Shown: positions 1 through 15,819, counted from the first letter of the stretch. The stretch: DNA of 64,000 nt from Octopus vulgaris (GCA_951406725.2 OX597824.1:27156001-27220000); one strand, 5' to 3'. The notes: a model not told the origin generated them from the sequence alone. A program made the numbers and translations.

Positions 1-1009
1 ATTAAGCACATTTTACTAAGTACTCAATGATACTAACCTTGTTTATCTTTTTCACTAAGCTTTTCTTTTTATCCTTTTGGAAACTATCACACACACACGC
101 ACACAACATAGTGTCAAACAGTGAGAATGAGAGCTCACCACCACATTTGGTAGATATTTTTTTATTTACTCTTTTACTCTTTTACTTGTTTCAGTCAGTT
201 GACTGCGGCCATGCTGGAGCACCGCCTTTAGTCGAGCAACTCGACCCCGGGACTTATTCTTTTGTAAGCCCAGTACTTATTCTATCGGTCTCTTTTGCCG
301 AACCGCTAAGTGACGGGGACGTAAACACACCAGCATCGGTTGTCAAGCAATGCTAGGGGGACAAACACACGCACACAAACATATACACACACACACACAC
401 ACTTATATATATATATATACATATATACGACAGGCTTCTTTCAATTTCCGTCTACCAAATCCACTCACAAGGCATTGGTCGGCCCGGGGCTATAGCAGAA
501 GACACTTGCCCAAGATGCCACGCAGTGTAGATTAACAGTTAATACTCTCTTTCCCCCACTCTCTCTCCCCTCCTGTATACATACATGCGTATGTACATAC
601 ATACATACATACATACATACATACATACATACATACATACTTACATATAATATATATGCGTGCATTATTCGAAGTTGATTTAAGAGCAAAAAGATAATAC
701 CCCCACCCCAAATATATATATATATATATATTTCTTTACTACCCACAAGGGGCCAAACACAGAGGGGACAAACAAGGACAGACAAAGCGATTAAGTCGAT
801 TCCATCGACCCCGGTACGTAACTGGTACCTAATTTATCGACCCCGAAAGGATGAAAGGCAAAGTCAACCTCGGCGGAATTTGAACTCAGAAAGTAACGGC
901 AGACGAAATACGGCTTCGTATTTCGCCCGGCATGCTACCGTTTCAGCCAGCTCGCCGCCTTGGCTTCGCATTTCGCCCGGCGTGCTACCGTTTCTGCCAG
1001 CTCGCCGAC

Positions 1010-1220
1010 ATGGTGTTGAACAGTTCATGGCTTTAAGGGTATCACGAAAGCCCTAGTTGTAGGCTCAACATTCCGAGTTCTTTTACATGAGCTTAGCACA
1101 ATGAAGGATCGCTGCAATAAGTTTGTGAATCTGAGAGGGGAATATGTGGGATAAAATCATCATTAACTTATCCTCCTGTATTTTCTTTTACTTAAAGCCA
1201 GGAGCTCCCAGGACACCTTC

Positions 1221-1223
<3 letters not shown>
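1010..1223 (+). mobile_element. Mariner-derived MITE copy
   Basis: gaaggatcgctgcaataagtttgtgaatctgagaggggaatatg shared with the 36.5 and 45.0 kb copies; ends aaagccaggagc...ttcgta. Confidence 0.72.
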
Positions 1224-1255
<32 letters not shown>

Positions 1256-1320
1256 CATACACAAATATATGTATATGTTTGTATATGTGTATGCAATATA
1301 TATATATATATATGTGTGTA

Positions 1321-1401
<81 letters not shown>

Positions 1402-1506
1402 TGTTTCTTTATTAGCCACACATGCACACAGATAGAACAAATTACAAGGTAGAGCTTTTCTTTATATATATATATATATATATAGATAGATATAGGTATA
1501 TATTTA

Positions 1507-1542
<36 letters not shown>

Positions 1543-1574
1543 CCTTTCTATCTATCTATCTATCTATCTATCTA

Positions 1575-1621
<47 letters not shown>

Positions 1622-2974
1622 ATATCTACCTATCTATCTAATTACGTGTGCGTCTCTGTGTGCGGGTTGTAATATTTTCTGTTTGTCTCCACCAGAGTTT
1701 GGCGACCGTTGTTGGCTCGTTTACTTCTCTATAACTTAGCGTTTTGGCAAAGTACTTATGTCGATGTGTTCAAGTAAAACCGTCAAGGCGGTGCTCCAGC
1801 GTGGCTGCAGTCTAGCGACCGAAACAAGTTAAAGAAAAACAAGTGAAAGATAAAAGATATTGTTGACGTTACACGTGACTTTTAAACTTCGCACTATACA
1901 TGTCTGTCAGTAGAGAATCTACATCATCAGTCAGTAAGATTTTTTTTTTTCCAATTGTTTTAAGGAGATAGATTCGTGTAGTTACATTTTCAAGGAATAT
2001 AATATAAACCCCTGCACGATTTATCTCATCAATCCTTTAAAATAAGGCCAGAGGGATTTGTCTGATCCCTTTCTTTGCATTCACAGACATGCACTTTGTT
2101 ATTGTGCTATTGTCTCTTGGAAACAGGGACGATCGTATTACGAAATGCTTTGTTCATGTGTGGCAAATAGAAACATCAAGCTACGGGTCTTAATAAATAA
2201 TAAAACAACAATGTTGTAACACACACAAACATACACACACACACACACGCAATCATATATCATTGACACCTTTATTTATTGCTAGCACAACTAATGTATC
2301 AACGCCTGTAATTTTGTTTCTAGTTTTTTTGTTGTTGTTGTTGTCATTTGTTTTATGCATTAATACTCTCGACATATATTTACTACGGCTTTTAGAGTAT
2401 GCTGACATGAAATCTGCTTAGCTAAGTTCGGTGCTAATGTACTTAATGTAATGAGACGAGAAATTTTAATTAATTAATTAAAAAAAAAAAAAAAATCTTT
2501 AGCTTAATGATCAGTTCTGTTCTGGAAAAGTAGGGGGAGAAAACTCTCGGAATTTTAATTAATTAAAGTAAATTAAAAATTAGAATGTTGACAATGCAGC
2601 AGGGAGCAGTCGCAATATTTTATATCTTGCGTCTTCTTTATCCAATATAATATAATAATACCGCCCGTCTTTTTTTTCTCTCTATTTTCAAGACAGCCTC
2701 AGTATATTTTATTAAAAATATCGTTGCTGTTGGTCTTTATCCCCATGTCAACCATAAATTTGGAAAGCTTTAGTCAAAAACTGTTTTGATTGTTCCTATC
2801 AATTCAATTTGCCTTCCGACACGACGGTGCACTCAGGCATTATTACAGAATACGAGTCTCTCGTTCTAATATAATAAAGTTTGATTTGTGACAGATTTAG
2901 ACGCCACTTTCAGCACGTCAAGTGAAGATACCTTTGCTGATACAATCAGAAATACTGTTAGTGATATACATACA

Positions 2975-3071
<97 letters not shown>

Positions 3072-3163
3072 GAAGTATGGTAGATGAGTTCAGCAAAACT
3101 TTAGATTCAGATGAATATGGTACTTAAGTTGAGGCACCAGAATTTAGTACGGTATTATCCATA

Positions 3164-3396
3164 AGGCGGCGAGCTGGCAGAAACGTTAGCACGCCGGGCG
3201 AAATGCGTAGCCGTATTTCGTCTGCCGCTACGTTCTGAGTTCAAATTCCGCCGAGGTCAACTTTGCCTTTCATCCTTTCGGGGTCGATTAAATAAGTACC
3301 AGTTATGCACTTGGAGTCGATATAATCGACTTAATCCGTTTGTCTGTCCTTGTTTGTCCTCTCAGTGTTTAGCCCCTTGTTGGTAGTAAAGAAATA
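3164..3396 (+). mobile_element. SINE family B, representative monomer
   Basis: ggcggcgagctggcagaaacgttagc...gagttcaaattcc (B box)...gcctttcatcctttcggggtcgat...gtaaagaaata. Further copies or multimers at about 731-1007(-), 10998-11430(+), 12362-12565(+), 14737-15148(+), 28237-28410(-), 29198-29350(+), 29352-29720(-), 44404-44878(+), 51535-51786(-), 60265-60700(+). Confidence 0.9.
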
Positions 3397-3690
3397 GGTA
3401 TTATTCCTACAATTTCAAAATAAGGTGATTAAAATCAAAATGAGCAACGGCTATGCTGTTGTAAGTACAATATGTCCTTTGTGTATCTCCTTAACGTTTT
3501 GGAGATTTTAGGTATAATTATACTAATGTGTCTATCTGTTCTAATTCAATTAAGTTCTATGTCTTTGAGCTGCTGAAGATTGCTCTACATTTTAAATTGA
3601 TGTAATGAAATGATTGCATTGTTCAATTAAATGGAGTTGCATCTAATGATCGTACTGCATTACCACTGGATATCCTTGTTACATATTTTG

Positions 3691-3760
<70 letters not shown>

Positions 3761-3865
3761 CATATGTGTATGTATGCATATATATGTGTGTGTGCATATA
3801 TATATATATATATATGTGCATATACATACATATGTATGTATGAATCTATCTATCTGTCTTTCTTC

Positions 3866-3930
<65 letters not shown>

Positions 3931-3970
3931 AATCTATCTATCTATCTATATATCTATCTATCTATCTATA

Positions 3971-4011
<41 letters not shown>

Positions 4012-4237
4012 TTGCGTGTGTGTGTGTGTGTGTGTTTGTGTGTCTGTGTTCGTTGCTCCCCATCATCGCTGTGACAGCCGATATTGGTGCGTTTATGTCA
4101 TCGTAACGTAGCGGTTCGGCAAAAGAGACAGATAGAATAAGTAGTCGGCTGACAAAGACTAAGTCCTGGGGTCGAATTTGTTAGACCAAAGTTGGTACTC
4201 CAGCATGGCCACAGTCAAATGTCTGAAACAAATAAAA

Positions 4238-4279
<42 letters not shown>

Positions 4280-4748
4280 TCGAATTTTATTCACACAGTG
4301 TTTCTGTAAAATTACTGAAGGCATGTTTAAGAGGGAGAGAGAGAGAGAGGGAGGGAGCTGGAGAGGGAGAGAGAGAGTGACAGAGAGAATGAGAGACAAA
4401 GGGAGAGAGAGAGGGGGGAGAGAGAAACAGCAGCATAGCAATGATAGAAGATTAATACTGAGTTGTTACTATGTTATTGGTATCGGGGCTGTTTGTGGTA
4501 ATTTTAGGGTTCGTTTGAAGGAATAATTGTGATAGTGGTATGTGTATGAATTGCGCGCACGCGCGCATATGACTGTATGTGTACAGTAAGTCTGTGGGGC
4601 AGAGAGGTATAGATGTGGTGAGGGACTATACCATATGTTGTTGATGTCACAGTTAATGTTGTATTAGAGCTCTTAATTTTCTTAAACGTCTTCCACATAT
4701 GTTTGCGCACAATGTCCATTTGAGTGAGAGTATATATATCTGTATGCG

Positions 4749-4805
<57 letters not shown>

Positions 4806-4904
4806 GCATATATACATATACATATATATGCATATATACATATATATATAAACATTTATGTGTGTGTGTAGTTGATGAGTTTATGTATAATATATATATA
4901 TATA

Positions 4905-4953
<49 letters not shown>

Positions 4954-5659
4954 GCGCACACATACACGCACACTATACACACATATTGGATATTCGGACG
5001 GCGTGTAGTCTCGGCAGGATTGACTAACGAGTTACCACTCGGAATACAAGACATGTTATACTTGCGTTTGTAATCACGATGATGATCAGGATTAATTCCC
5101 TGACCACGGGACCACCAGTTATCATAAGATGAATAATGCGTCTAAATTTCCCATACAGCATTCCATTCTTGTTTTTGTTGAAGATGGTCAGATGTCCGAA
5201 TCGTTATCACATCGGACAATGTATTTAACAGTATTTTTACAATTCCCTATGTTCCAATTTCAAATCCTTCCGAGGTCAACTTTTCAGTATCAATCCTTCA
5301 GCCCCGTTGAAATAAATCATGTGTCAAGGACTATGGTCGATGTATCGACCTCTGCCCTCTATCTCAAACCGCTGGCCTTCAACCCTGCAACGGACGGACG
5401 CCACATTCAAGGAGGTTGTTTTTATCTCGCTTCTCTATAAGCCAAGGAACCTGGGTAACCAGCTTTATGAATCCAAAGGGTGGAGAAATATTTTTTAAAT
5501 GGTTAATGTTAGGATGGTTTTGGCTATTATGGTCACTGATCAATCTACCAGTGTATAGAGTACGAATCTACCAGTGTTTGTTACCAAGAAACAGACGAAT
5601 AAGCAAGGGTTGCTCGTGCAGTTAGAAATAGCACAAAATACTCCTCTCATCGATACGCA

Positions 5660-5990
5660 AAATGCAAATGAGAAAGAATGCTAGATACAAAGACTTTGTA
5701 GAACAATGAACAAATCAAGCGTAGCGAGTTTGCTGCGAGATCTAAAGTGCGCTGCCGAAGATCTGCTGTGCAATCATTCTGCAATGGTTTGACTGTATTA
5801 AGAGTTACAAGGTTTGGAACATACATTCCAACAGAATCAGCAAGGAGAGCTATTTTATAGCTTTGGATGAAGCGAGCAGAGCTGTGGTTTGCTACTGCAA
5901 GGGTGCGAGTGGATAAGCGGGTCTGATAATAGAGCCGAAACTACCAATGTCTCCAGGAACGTCAGTGATGATGCATTTCAGTGATGCATT
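5660..5990 (+). mobile_element. Decayed 3' end of an RLE-type LINE resembling the HERO clade
   Basis: Remnants ANE..KNARYKDFVEQ..VCCEI..VRCRRSAVQSFC..TESARRAIL*LWMKRAELW, and a 3' tail ccgaaactaccaatgtctccaggaacgtcagtgatgatg that resembles HERO tails as recalled. Confidence 0.6.
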
Positions 5991-6598
5991 TCAGCGATAA
6001 TGTCAGTTTCCATTGCTATTGTTGTTGTTGCTGCAGTTGACACTCTTGACATTGTCATCCTTTTTGCCGTTGTAGTAATCTTTGTTCATATTGTAGCTGC
6101 TTAGCTCCTGATCTTAATTTGAAAAACGTTTAAAGATCAAGGAAATACCGGACTTGATTAACCCACGTTTTTATATAGTGAGATTAAATGCTTGCTTATT
6201 AAATATATGGCCCAGTGGTTAGAGCAGCGAACTAGCGGTCGGAGGATCGTGGTTTCGATTCCCAGACCGGGCTATTGTGTGTGTTTATTGAGCGAAAACA
6301 CCTAAAAGCTCTACGAGGCTCCGGCAGGGGGTGGTGGTCACCCCTGTTGTACAACTTTCTCTCACTCTCTCTTCCTGTTTCTTAAGTAACGCTGCGATGG
6401 ACTGGCGTCCCGTCCAGCTGGGGAGAACACATACACCACAGAAACCGGGAAACTGGGCCCATGAGCCTGGCTAGGCTTGAAAAGGACGAAGTTTCTCGTT
6501 CTACGTTTATCGTTATTAAATATATAATTCATTTTATTTGTAATACACATACACACATTCACGCATATTTATCTGTCTATCTATGCAGACATTCATGG

Positions 6599-6647
<49 letters not shown>

Positions 6648-7217
6648 CACGTATTTGCACACCAAGATACACGTCGCAGTCATGAATACCCAGGGTCGAA
6701 ATTCAGATTATTTTTTTGATAAATTTTAATATAACACACACGCACACACACACTGTATATATATACATATATACATACATAAATGCATACAGGTATACAT
6801 ACACACATACATACACATATGCATTCATAGATACAAAGACACACAACATATGCAGTCGAATCACGGATAAAACATAGAGACTTTTTGAAAAGAAACATAT
6901 GTCTATTAGTTGTATAACGTCTAAATGTCTAGGATTGCATTTCTATTTTATTTGCTTACTTTTGATTTGTTTCTGAAGTTAAGGGTTCACAGACAGTGAG
7001 GAAATGGCCAGGATTTCTTACAAAACTACCAATTTATTAGGGGAAAAAAAATCTGAATTTTAGGCCCAAAAATAAGAGCGTAAAAAATATAGGAAAGGCC
7101 TCATTCTCACACACACTTATACATACACATATGGAAAGAAAGAGTGGAGGAAAGAGGGAGCGAGAGAAAGAGAGAGAGTGAGTGAGAGAGAGAGAGAGAG
7201 AAAGGGAAAAAAGAGGG

Positions 7218-7269
<52 letters not shown>

Positions 7270-7720
7270 TGAGAGAAAGAGAGGCAGAGAGGAAGGGTGG
7301 GGAGACGATAAAATAACAAAAATTATGGTAACTTTCTTTATGGAACCAAAAGAGTATGTTCATTACTTCAGTCGAAATGGAATAAATTCTGGTGGCTAAC
7401 AAACATATGTTGATAGAGTCTCCATCCACGCCCCTCACTGCTTCTATTATAACAGATGGTTCATTTAGACATTCTTGGCTGCACCAACGAAATTGTAACG
7501 TTCTTGTGATATTGGTAAGAAACCGAGATATAGTTTATAGCTTTGTAGTAACCTCCGTGTTCTTTGATGCCTGTTGGTGTTCTTGTTGCTTTCGAATAAA
7601 ACAAAATACCAGTTGTACAGTGGGGTCGATTTAATCGACTCATCGCCCACCTTCCCCAAGCTGCCCTTGTAGCAAAAATTTGAAATATTTGATATAAGTT
7701 CAATGACCTTCGGAAGGCAC

Positions 7721-7751
<31 letters not shown>

Positions 7752-8922
7752 TGTATGGATGGATGGATGGATGGATGGATGGATGTATTTATGGATGTAT
7801 GTATGTATTATGTATGTATGTATGTATTTGTGTATGTATGTATTATGTATGTATGTATTATATATATTATATATATACATATACGCAGACTCACACACAC
7901 ACATATGTAAAATATTTCCAAAATTTAATAAAAACACAAACGGAAAAATTGTAGCTAATTCCTCGTCAGTCAGCGACATAAATTTATATGAATATATACG
8001 TGCGCACACACACACACATACACACGCAAACACACACACAGACATATATAAATATGCATGTATATATATATATATGTGTGTGTGTGTTTGTGTATATATA
8101 TGTAAGTATATATATATACGTGTAAGTGTGTGTGTCCGCAAACATATTTGAACGTATACATGTCTCTATGAAAGGATGAATATACATGCATGTATATGTA
8201 TGTATGTATGTATGTATGCATGTATAAAGATGTATGCATGCATACGCATGTTTGCGTGATGTGTGTGTATGCGTACGTGTCCATATACATACATAAACTT
8301 GAGATCAACGGCAGGAAAAAGGGCCAGTTAAATAGGAAATGTATATGTTCCTTATAAGCTATATTAAGCAACACGCTTAAACACTGTGGTATGTGAAGTA
8401 TGTATATAAATATATATATACATATATAGACATATATATACATATATACTGGAATAAAACTATTTCATATAAACATCAATGTTTACCTACTTCTTGTCCT
8501 CTTAAAAGTTGTTGTTGACAACGTCCAAGTGTTTTACACATACACACGCATATACACACACACACATACATACACACAAACATACACACATAAATATGTA
8601 TATAAATATGCATGCACACAAACACACGCATATCTTTATGTCCGGATTCGTGTGTGTGTGTGTGTGTGTGCATATATGTATATATGTACATATATGTGTG
8701 TATATACATATATGTGTGTATATATATACACACACATATATATATATATGCGTGTGTATATATATATATATATATATACACGGATAAGCATATACTTGTA
8801 TACACATGAACACACACATCCATATATGTATATATACTATGTATGTGTGTCTGTGTGAGCGTGTGCGTATATGTATATGTCTGTATACAAATTTCTATGT
8901 AAGTATATTTATATATAAATAT

Positions 8923-8959
<37 letters not shown>

Positions 8960-9158
8960 CGTATATATGTATAATGATATATATACATTTATACATATAT
9001 ACCTATACGTACGTACAACTCGTACACATGTACAGGCACACACATATATGAGTGTGTGTGTACGCACGTACGTGTTAATAAAGTGCATGAGACTTATATC
9101 ACTATATATTTCTGTTTTGTTACCATCCCAATGTCAACAGCAGCGGCGTCTCACTCCC

Positions 9159-9202
<44 letters not shown>

Positions 9203-9568
9203 GCTAGTACTTAGTACTTAGTACCACCTCCACCAAGGGCAACAACATCTTTATCAAAATGTCCTCTATTGAAAAAAACATGGGTGCGCAGTTTACGGTA
9301 TATTTCTCATTGAATTTGAAAATTTCGTTGTATCAAAACACTAGTGCACACACACACGCGTGCACACACACACACACATACACACATACACACAAACACA
9401 CATATACATACACATATACACACAGACACACGCACAGACGAATATATTTAAGCACGTCAATACACGCATGTACACACAAACGTATTTGGTTTTATGTCGA
9501 GTTATACATAAACACAATTTAACATTAAACTGAAGAATTACTCAGTAATCTCTGTAGAGTATCTACTT

Positions 9569-9704
9569 ATTACACTTTTACAAGAAGATGGGTATCAGTG
9601 ACTTCGAAGTTTTGGTCCGCTAGCTCTTGTCAGACTGTCCGACGAAGGCTTTCTTGGCCGCAACTTAGAAGTCGTTGTCGCCACTCTTTTGGTAAGAGCA
9701 TAAT
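9569..9704. mobile_element. Degenerate fold-back element with two divergent decayed hammerhead-like cores
   Basis: Imperfect palindrome centred at 9636. Plus arm: CCGACGA-aggc..gcc-GCAA-cttagaag-TC. Minus arm: CTGACAA-...-AAAA-cttcgaag-TC with palindromic ACTTCGAAGT. Confidence 0.5.
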
Positions 9705-9862
9705 ACACACACATACAAACACACACGCACACACACATAATCACCCACCCCTATAGAAATACACACACACACATACATGTACACATATATACATAGACAC
9801 ATATGTATATTACATATATCTAAATACATAGATATGTATGGGAGTATCTATCTATCTGTCTG

Positions 9863-9949
<87 letters not shown>

Positions 9950-10500
9950 GGCACGTAAGAACTGTCCGAGATGTTCGTAGGCCGATGAAATCGTTCTGCA
10001 TGCAATTGTCCGGCGATTGGGCATTGCTGACTTGTGAAGCTTTGTCGAACAATTGTTGATGCGTGTAAGACGGATCCGTTTATCGGCCGAGTCCATCGCG
10101 AAGATCGCACCATCGCCTTCTTTTCCTCTGCCTGGTACCTATGGCGAAAGAGTTAGTGTGATGCACGAAGTTGAAAGGACTGGAAACAGATACTGGCAAG
10201 GGGCAGCACTTCCCTCTTTTCTTTTCTTTTCTTTTCAAGGGAAACTTGACAAAGTCGATGAGGGCTTTGCCGAAGAGGACAGTATCTGTTTCCAGTCCCA
10301 TTCACACGAGCTATTCTGAACATAGACATATATACCCGAGGAGATGTGGAGAAGAGAGGTGCCTGCCTGGGGTTCCCTTGGCGGTCGGGGTAACCAGGAT
10401 GTACGACGTCCTTTGGTTGGCCTGTTCGAGAATAATTCTGCAAAGAAGGGGACTTTAAGCAACACTATGACAAGGGCACACAACGAGAAAGTATAAAATA
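9950..10500 (+). mobile_element. Decayed Tx1/L1-clade LINE 3' end with an internal inversion
   Basis: CPRCS*ADEIVLHA zinc-knuckle remnant, then ...KGLETDT. The continuation GLETDTVLFGKALIDFVKFPLKRK is on the minus strand. Confidence 0.65.
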
Positions 10501-11703
10501 AGATGTTTATTGTATGTTCTACGCAGACATGGCAATATGGTGGCGAAGTTTGTTTTATTACAATCTAGAGGTTTCGGGTTCAGCCCCACTGCGGGGCTCA
10601 TTGAGTAAATGTGTTCTTTTATAATGCCGTCTTACACGCAATTTGGAAAATATGTAGAATCCCTATACACACATATGCATGTATGTATATTGACAAATGT
10701 CGTTATGTTTACTCCCCTCTAACTTAACGGTTCGGCCTTAGAGACCATCAGAATATGTACAAGATTTAAAAGTATTAGGACTGATTTGTCCGACGAAACC
10801 TACAAATGTGAAGCAACAGCGTGGCCACAATTCATCGACTGAAGCAGATAAAAAGTAGAAATAAAAGTTGATTGTACTTATTTCCCTACCACTTTCGAAA
10901 CTGGCGGGATTTGAACAGAAACCAGAACTACAAGGGACGTAACTTCAAACCAAAATGCATTAATGTCCTTTGTCCCATCGTCTCTTTCAGATTTCATGGC
11001 GAGCTGGCAGAAATATTAGCATGCCGGGCGAAATGCTTAGCGCTATTTCGTGTGCCGTTACGTTCTGAGTTCAAATTCCACCGAGGTCGACTTTGCCTTT
11101 TATCTTTTCGGGGTTGATAAATTAAGTACCAGTTACGCACCGGGGTCGATGTAATCGACTTAATCCCTTTGTCAGTCTATGTTTGGCCTCTTGTGAGCAA
11201 TAAAGAAATAAGAACCGTTAGCACGCCGGGCGAAACGCGTAGCCGTATTTCGTCTGCCGTTACGTTCTGAGTTCAGATTCCGCCGAGGTCGACTTTGTCT
11301 TTCATCCTTTCGGGGTCAATAAATAAAGTACCAGTTACGCACTGGGGTCGATGTAATCGACTTAATCCCTTTGTCTGTCCTTGTTTGTCCCCTCTATGTT
11401 TTGCCTCTTGTGGGCAGTAAAGAAAGAAGATTTCATGTTCTAATAGTAAAAAAGTCATTGAATCGTTATTATTTCTCGCTCTCTTCGTTTGGACTCCCAC
11501 TTTAACCGTCTCTTTACCACTCCTTGCCCCATTTAGTTCTGTTTTTACCTCTTACCATCACTCACATTCTATTTCTTTCACACACACTCTCTCTCTCTCT
11601 CTCTTTCTCGCTCTTTGCTTTCCTCTTTCTCTCAACCTCTTCCAATCCTTTGTTTTGAAATAGTTTTAGTACAATCTTAAGTGTTTACTTACTCAGGCAC
11701 AAT

Positions 11704-11766
<63 letters not shown>

Positions 11767-12004
11767 ACACTAACGCGCCTACACCCACACATAAATACAT
11801 ATATATATATATATGCGTCCATACACAGGAAAGGCCTGCGTATAAATGTTCATTCATATAAGCGTTTGTACATAATCTCATGTATGTGCTGCATACATGT
11901 ACTCTACGCATAGGCATACACAGAAATGCATGTCTATGGATATGCACGCCAGAAAGTTCCAGATCCAATCCTACATCCTGACACAAAAGTACACACATAC
12001 CTAT

Positions 12005-12035
<31 letters not shown>

Positions 12036-12091
12036 CACACACACATATATACACACACATATATATAGATATATAATTCTATCTATCTATC

Positions 12092-12154
<63 letters not shown>

Positions 12155-12788
12155 ATATATATATTATATACAGAGAGAGATACAGAGACAGAGACAGACA
12201 TATATATCAATTTATGAGATACATATCCATACAAATATGTATGTATATCTATCTATCTATACACACACACACACACGCACACACATGTGCGCGCACACAC
12301 ACACACACATATATATACACACACAAGCACATATATACATTCGACAATATATCACCGTCCCTCACGCCGGGAGAAATGCTTAGGGTTTATTTCGTCTGTC
12401 TTTATGTTCTGAGTTCAAATTCCGCAGAGGTCGACTTCGCCTTTCATCCCTGCGGGGGGGGGGGCGATAAATTAAGTACCAGTTGCATAATGGGGGTTGG
12501 TCTAATAGACTGGTCCCCCCCCTCCCCCAAAATTCCGGGCCTTGAGTTTAGAGTAGAAAAGAATATATATCACCGCCTCTCCTGTACTGCTTCAAATACT
12601 CAACTTCTATTAGCAGCAGCAGCAGCAGCAATACGGCTACGACGACGACGACGACGACCACCACCACCACCACCACCACCAGCAGCAGTTAATACTACAA
12701 GAACAACAACAGCAACAACAGCAGAAGACATAAATGCTTAACATTTTATCTGAAGTGATAAGTAATGAAACTGTAGTTGTGTGTGTGT

Positions 12789-12833
<45 letters not shown>

Positions 12834-12910
12834 TGTGTGTGTGTGAGTATGTGTGTGTGAGTGTTAGTGTGTGTGTGAGCATGTGTGTGTGAGTGTGTGA
12901 GTGTGTGTGT

Positions 12911-13002
<92 letters not shown>

Positions 13003-13361
13003 AAGTACTGGAAATTGAGTTAATCGGAGTTCTCTCCCGTTTTCTTGCCTAGAACTCTTAAAACACCGATATAGATAGTATAGTATTTGTGTCCCAATTG
13101 TTTGGAATCCCTCAAGATCAATTTTCCAGTTCCCTCTTATTATTTCATATAAGAAACGCAACCATATTCGTCTTTAAATATGGAGTAAGTACTTTGTCAA
13201 CGGAATTATTTTCAGTCGTCCATATTGTGACTATTTCAGAATGGGCGTCACGTCATTGTCACGAAGTTGCCCCTATTTCTTTCATTATCGGTTGCCCTAT
13301 GGCATTCTGTCTCTTTGTCGCTATCTCTGTGTCTGTCTGCCTGCCTGGCTCTCTGTTTGTT

Positions 13362-13414
<53 letters not shown>

Positions 13415-13470
13415 ATCTGTCTGTCTATCTCGCTTTCTATCTATCTATCTATCTATCAATCTATCTATCG

Positions 13471-13554
<84 letters not shown>

Positions 13555-13572
13555 GACTGTCTGTCTGTCTGC

Positions 13573-13646
<74 letters not shown>

Positions 13647-13703
13647 GCCTGCCTCTCTGTCTGTCTCTGTCTCTCTCTCTCTATCTGTCTGTCTATCTCG
13701 CTT

Positions 13704-13782
<79 letters not shown>

Positions 13783-13999
13783 GCCTGCCTCTCTGTCTGT
13801 CTGTCTGATTGTCTGTCAGAATGTCAGTCTGTCAGTCGTTGTTTCACTGAGCAAAATGTTTCACTAACGAGGTGAAATAAGACATGACCTGTATGTATGT
13901 ATGCATGTATGTAGATACGTATGTAAATGTGCATATATCTATCTACACATGTATGTATGTATATACATTGTATATCATGCATACGAAGAAGAGTATAAT

Positions 14000-14083
<84 letters not shown>

Positions 14084-14219
14084 ATGTGTGTGTGTGTGCC
14101 TAAGTGCATGTGCGCGTGCGTAAGTATTCTTCTTCTTATAATTATGTCTATATTGTTAAGTGTATGTGTGTGTGTGTGCGGGCGCATGCATATCTGGGTA
14201 TGAGATGAGACAGAAAGAG

Positions 14220-14261
<42 letters not shown>

Positions 14262-14736
14262 GAGAAAGAGAGAGCAAAGAGTGAGTGAGTGAGAGAGAGA
14301 GAGAGAGATAGGGGGAGGAATGAGATTTCTGTAATAAATGATAATAGCAAATAAACCAATCTCAAGTGGTAACATTAGAGCTGCACCCCTCCCCTCCCCT
14401 CACGTGTGATGTGATGCCAGACCAACAAGAACAGCAACAACAAAGACAGATACACCACCACCACCAACAATAACAACAACAGCTTTTTTCTTTCTTATAA
14501 TGTTTACTGGAACAACTGCGAAAGAATTGTTTAGTTTTTGGCGATGTCGCCCTCTGGTCTTCTGAGGTCACGTCACTTGTTGAATAACTTTGATGGTGGC
14601 GGTGTTGACGGTGTTGACGGTGACGTCGATGCTCGTGGATTAATAGTGTGGTGATAGTGGTATTGCTGGTGGTACTGGTGGTGGTGGTGGTGGTGGTGAT
14701 GATGATGGTGGATTAGTGATACTGGTAGCGGTATTA

Positions 14737-15148
14737 GCGAGCTGGCAGAAACGTTAGCACGCCGGGCGAAATGCTTATCGGTATTTCGTCTGCCGTTACG
14801 TTGTGAGTTCAAATTCCGCCGAGGTCGACTTTGCCTTTCATCCTTTCGGGGTCGATAAATTAAGTACCAGTTACGCACTGGGGTCGATGTAATCGACTTA
14901 ATACCGTTCGTCTGTCCTTGTTTGTCCTCTCTGTGTTTAGCCCCTTGTGGGCAGTAAAGAAATAGGTATTTCGTCTGCCGCTACGTTCTGAGTTCAAATT
15001 CCGCCGAGGTCGACTTTGCCTTTCATCCTTTCGGGGTCGATTAAATAAGTACCAGTTACGTACTGGGGTCGATATAATCGACTTAATCTGTTTGTCTGTC
15101 ATTGTTTGTCCTCTCTGTGTTTAGCCTCTTGTGGGTAATAAAGAAAGA
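14737..15148 (+). mobile_element. SINE family B dimer
   Basis: Two bodies joined at aaagaaata|ggtatttcgtctg; gatactggtagcggtatt is repeated on both sides (TSD-like). Confidence 0.88.
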
Positions 15149-15819
15149 GATACTGGTAGCGGTATTGGTGATGGTGGTGGGATTGGTATTACCGGGTTAA
15201 TCGGGTTGATAATTACATTCCCGTCATTGTTGTTCTTGCTGTTGTACTTGTTGTTGTTGCTGCTTGTTTGTTTGTTTGTCTGTTTGTTTATTGAGCGAAG
15301 CGGTCTTCATCCCAGAGCTCGGAAGATCGCGCCTCCTCTAGTGGGAGAAGTCCGCAATGAGGTCCTTTGCTATTCGTAAGACTCGCAGAAGAGAAAGCAG
15401 GTCAACCCCCGACACCGAGAGCATCGACGGATGGATGAATGCGCATCCAGGCTCAGCGGTTGCGTAGGAAGTCGGGTACAAGAAACAGGAAGAAAGAGTG
15501 AGAGAAAGTTGGAGCGAAAGATTACAAAAGGGGTCGCTACCACCCGCTGCCGGAGCCTCGTGGAGCTTTAGGTATTTCGGCGCAATAAACACACACAACG
15601 CCCGTTCTGGGAATCGAAACCACGATCCTCCAACTGCGAGTCCGCTGCCCTAACCATTGAGCCATTGCGCTTCCACTGTTGTTGCTGGTGGTGGTGGTGG
15701 TGGTACTGGTGGGAGTGGTGATGGTGGAGATGGTGGTGTTGGTGGTGGTAATGGTGTTGGCGTCGGTAGTGGTGTATGTGTGTGTGTGTGTGTGGTTGTT
15801 GCGGTAGTAGTTGCAATGA

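Noticed and set aside
2890-2960. Possible decayed hammerhead on the minus strand
   Set aside because: The core reads CTGATTG and helix III does not pair.
3565-3630. CTGAAGA...GAAA hammerhead-like string
   Set aside because: Helix I and II registers do not close properly against the core; cannot be separated from chance.
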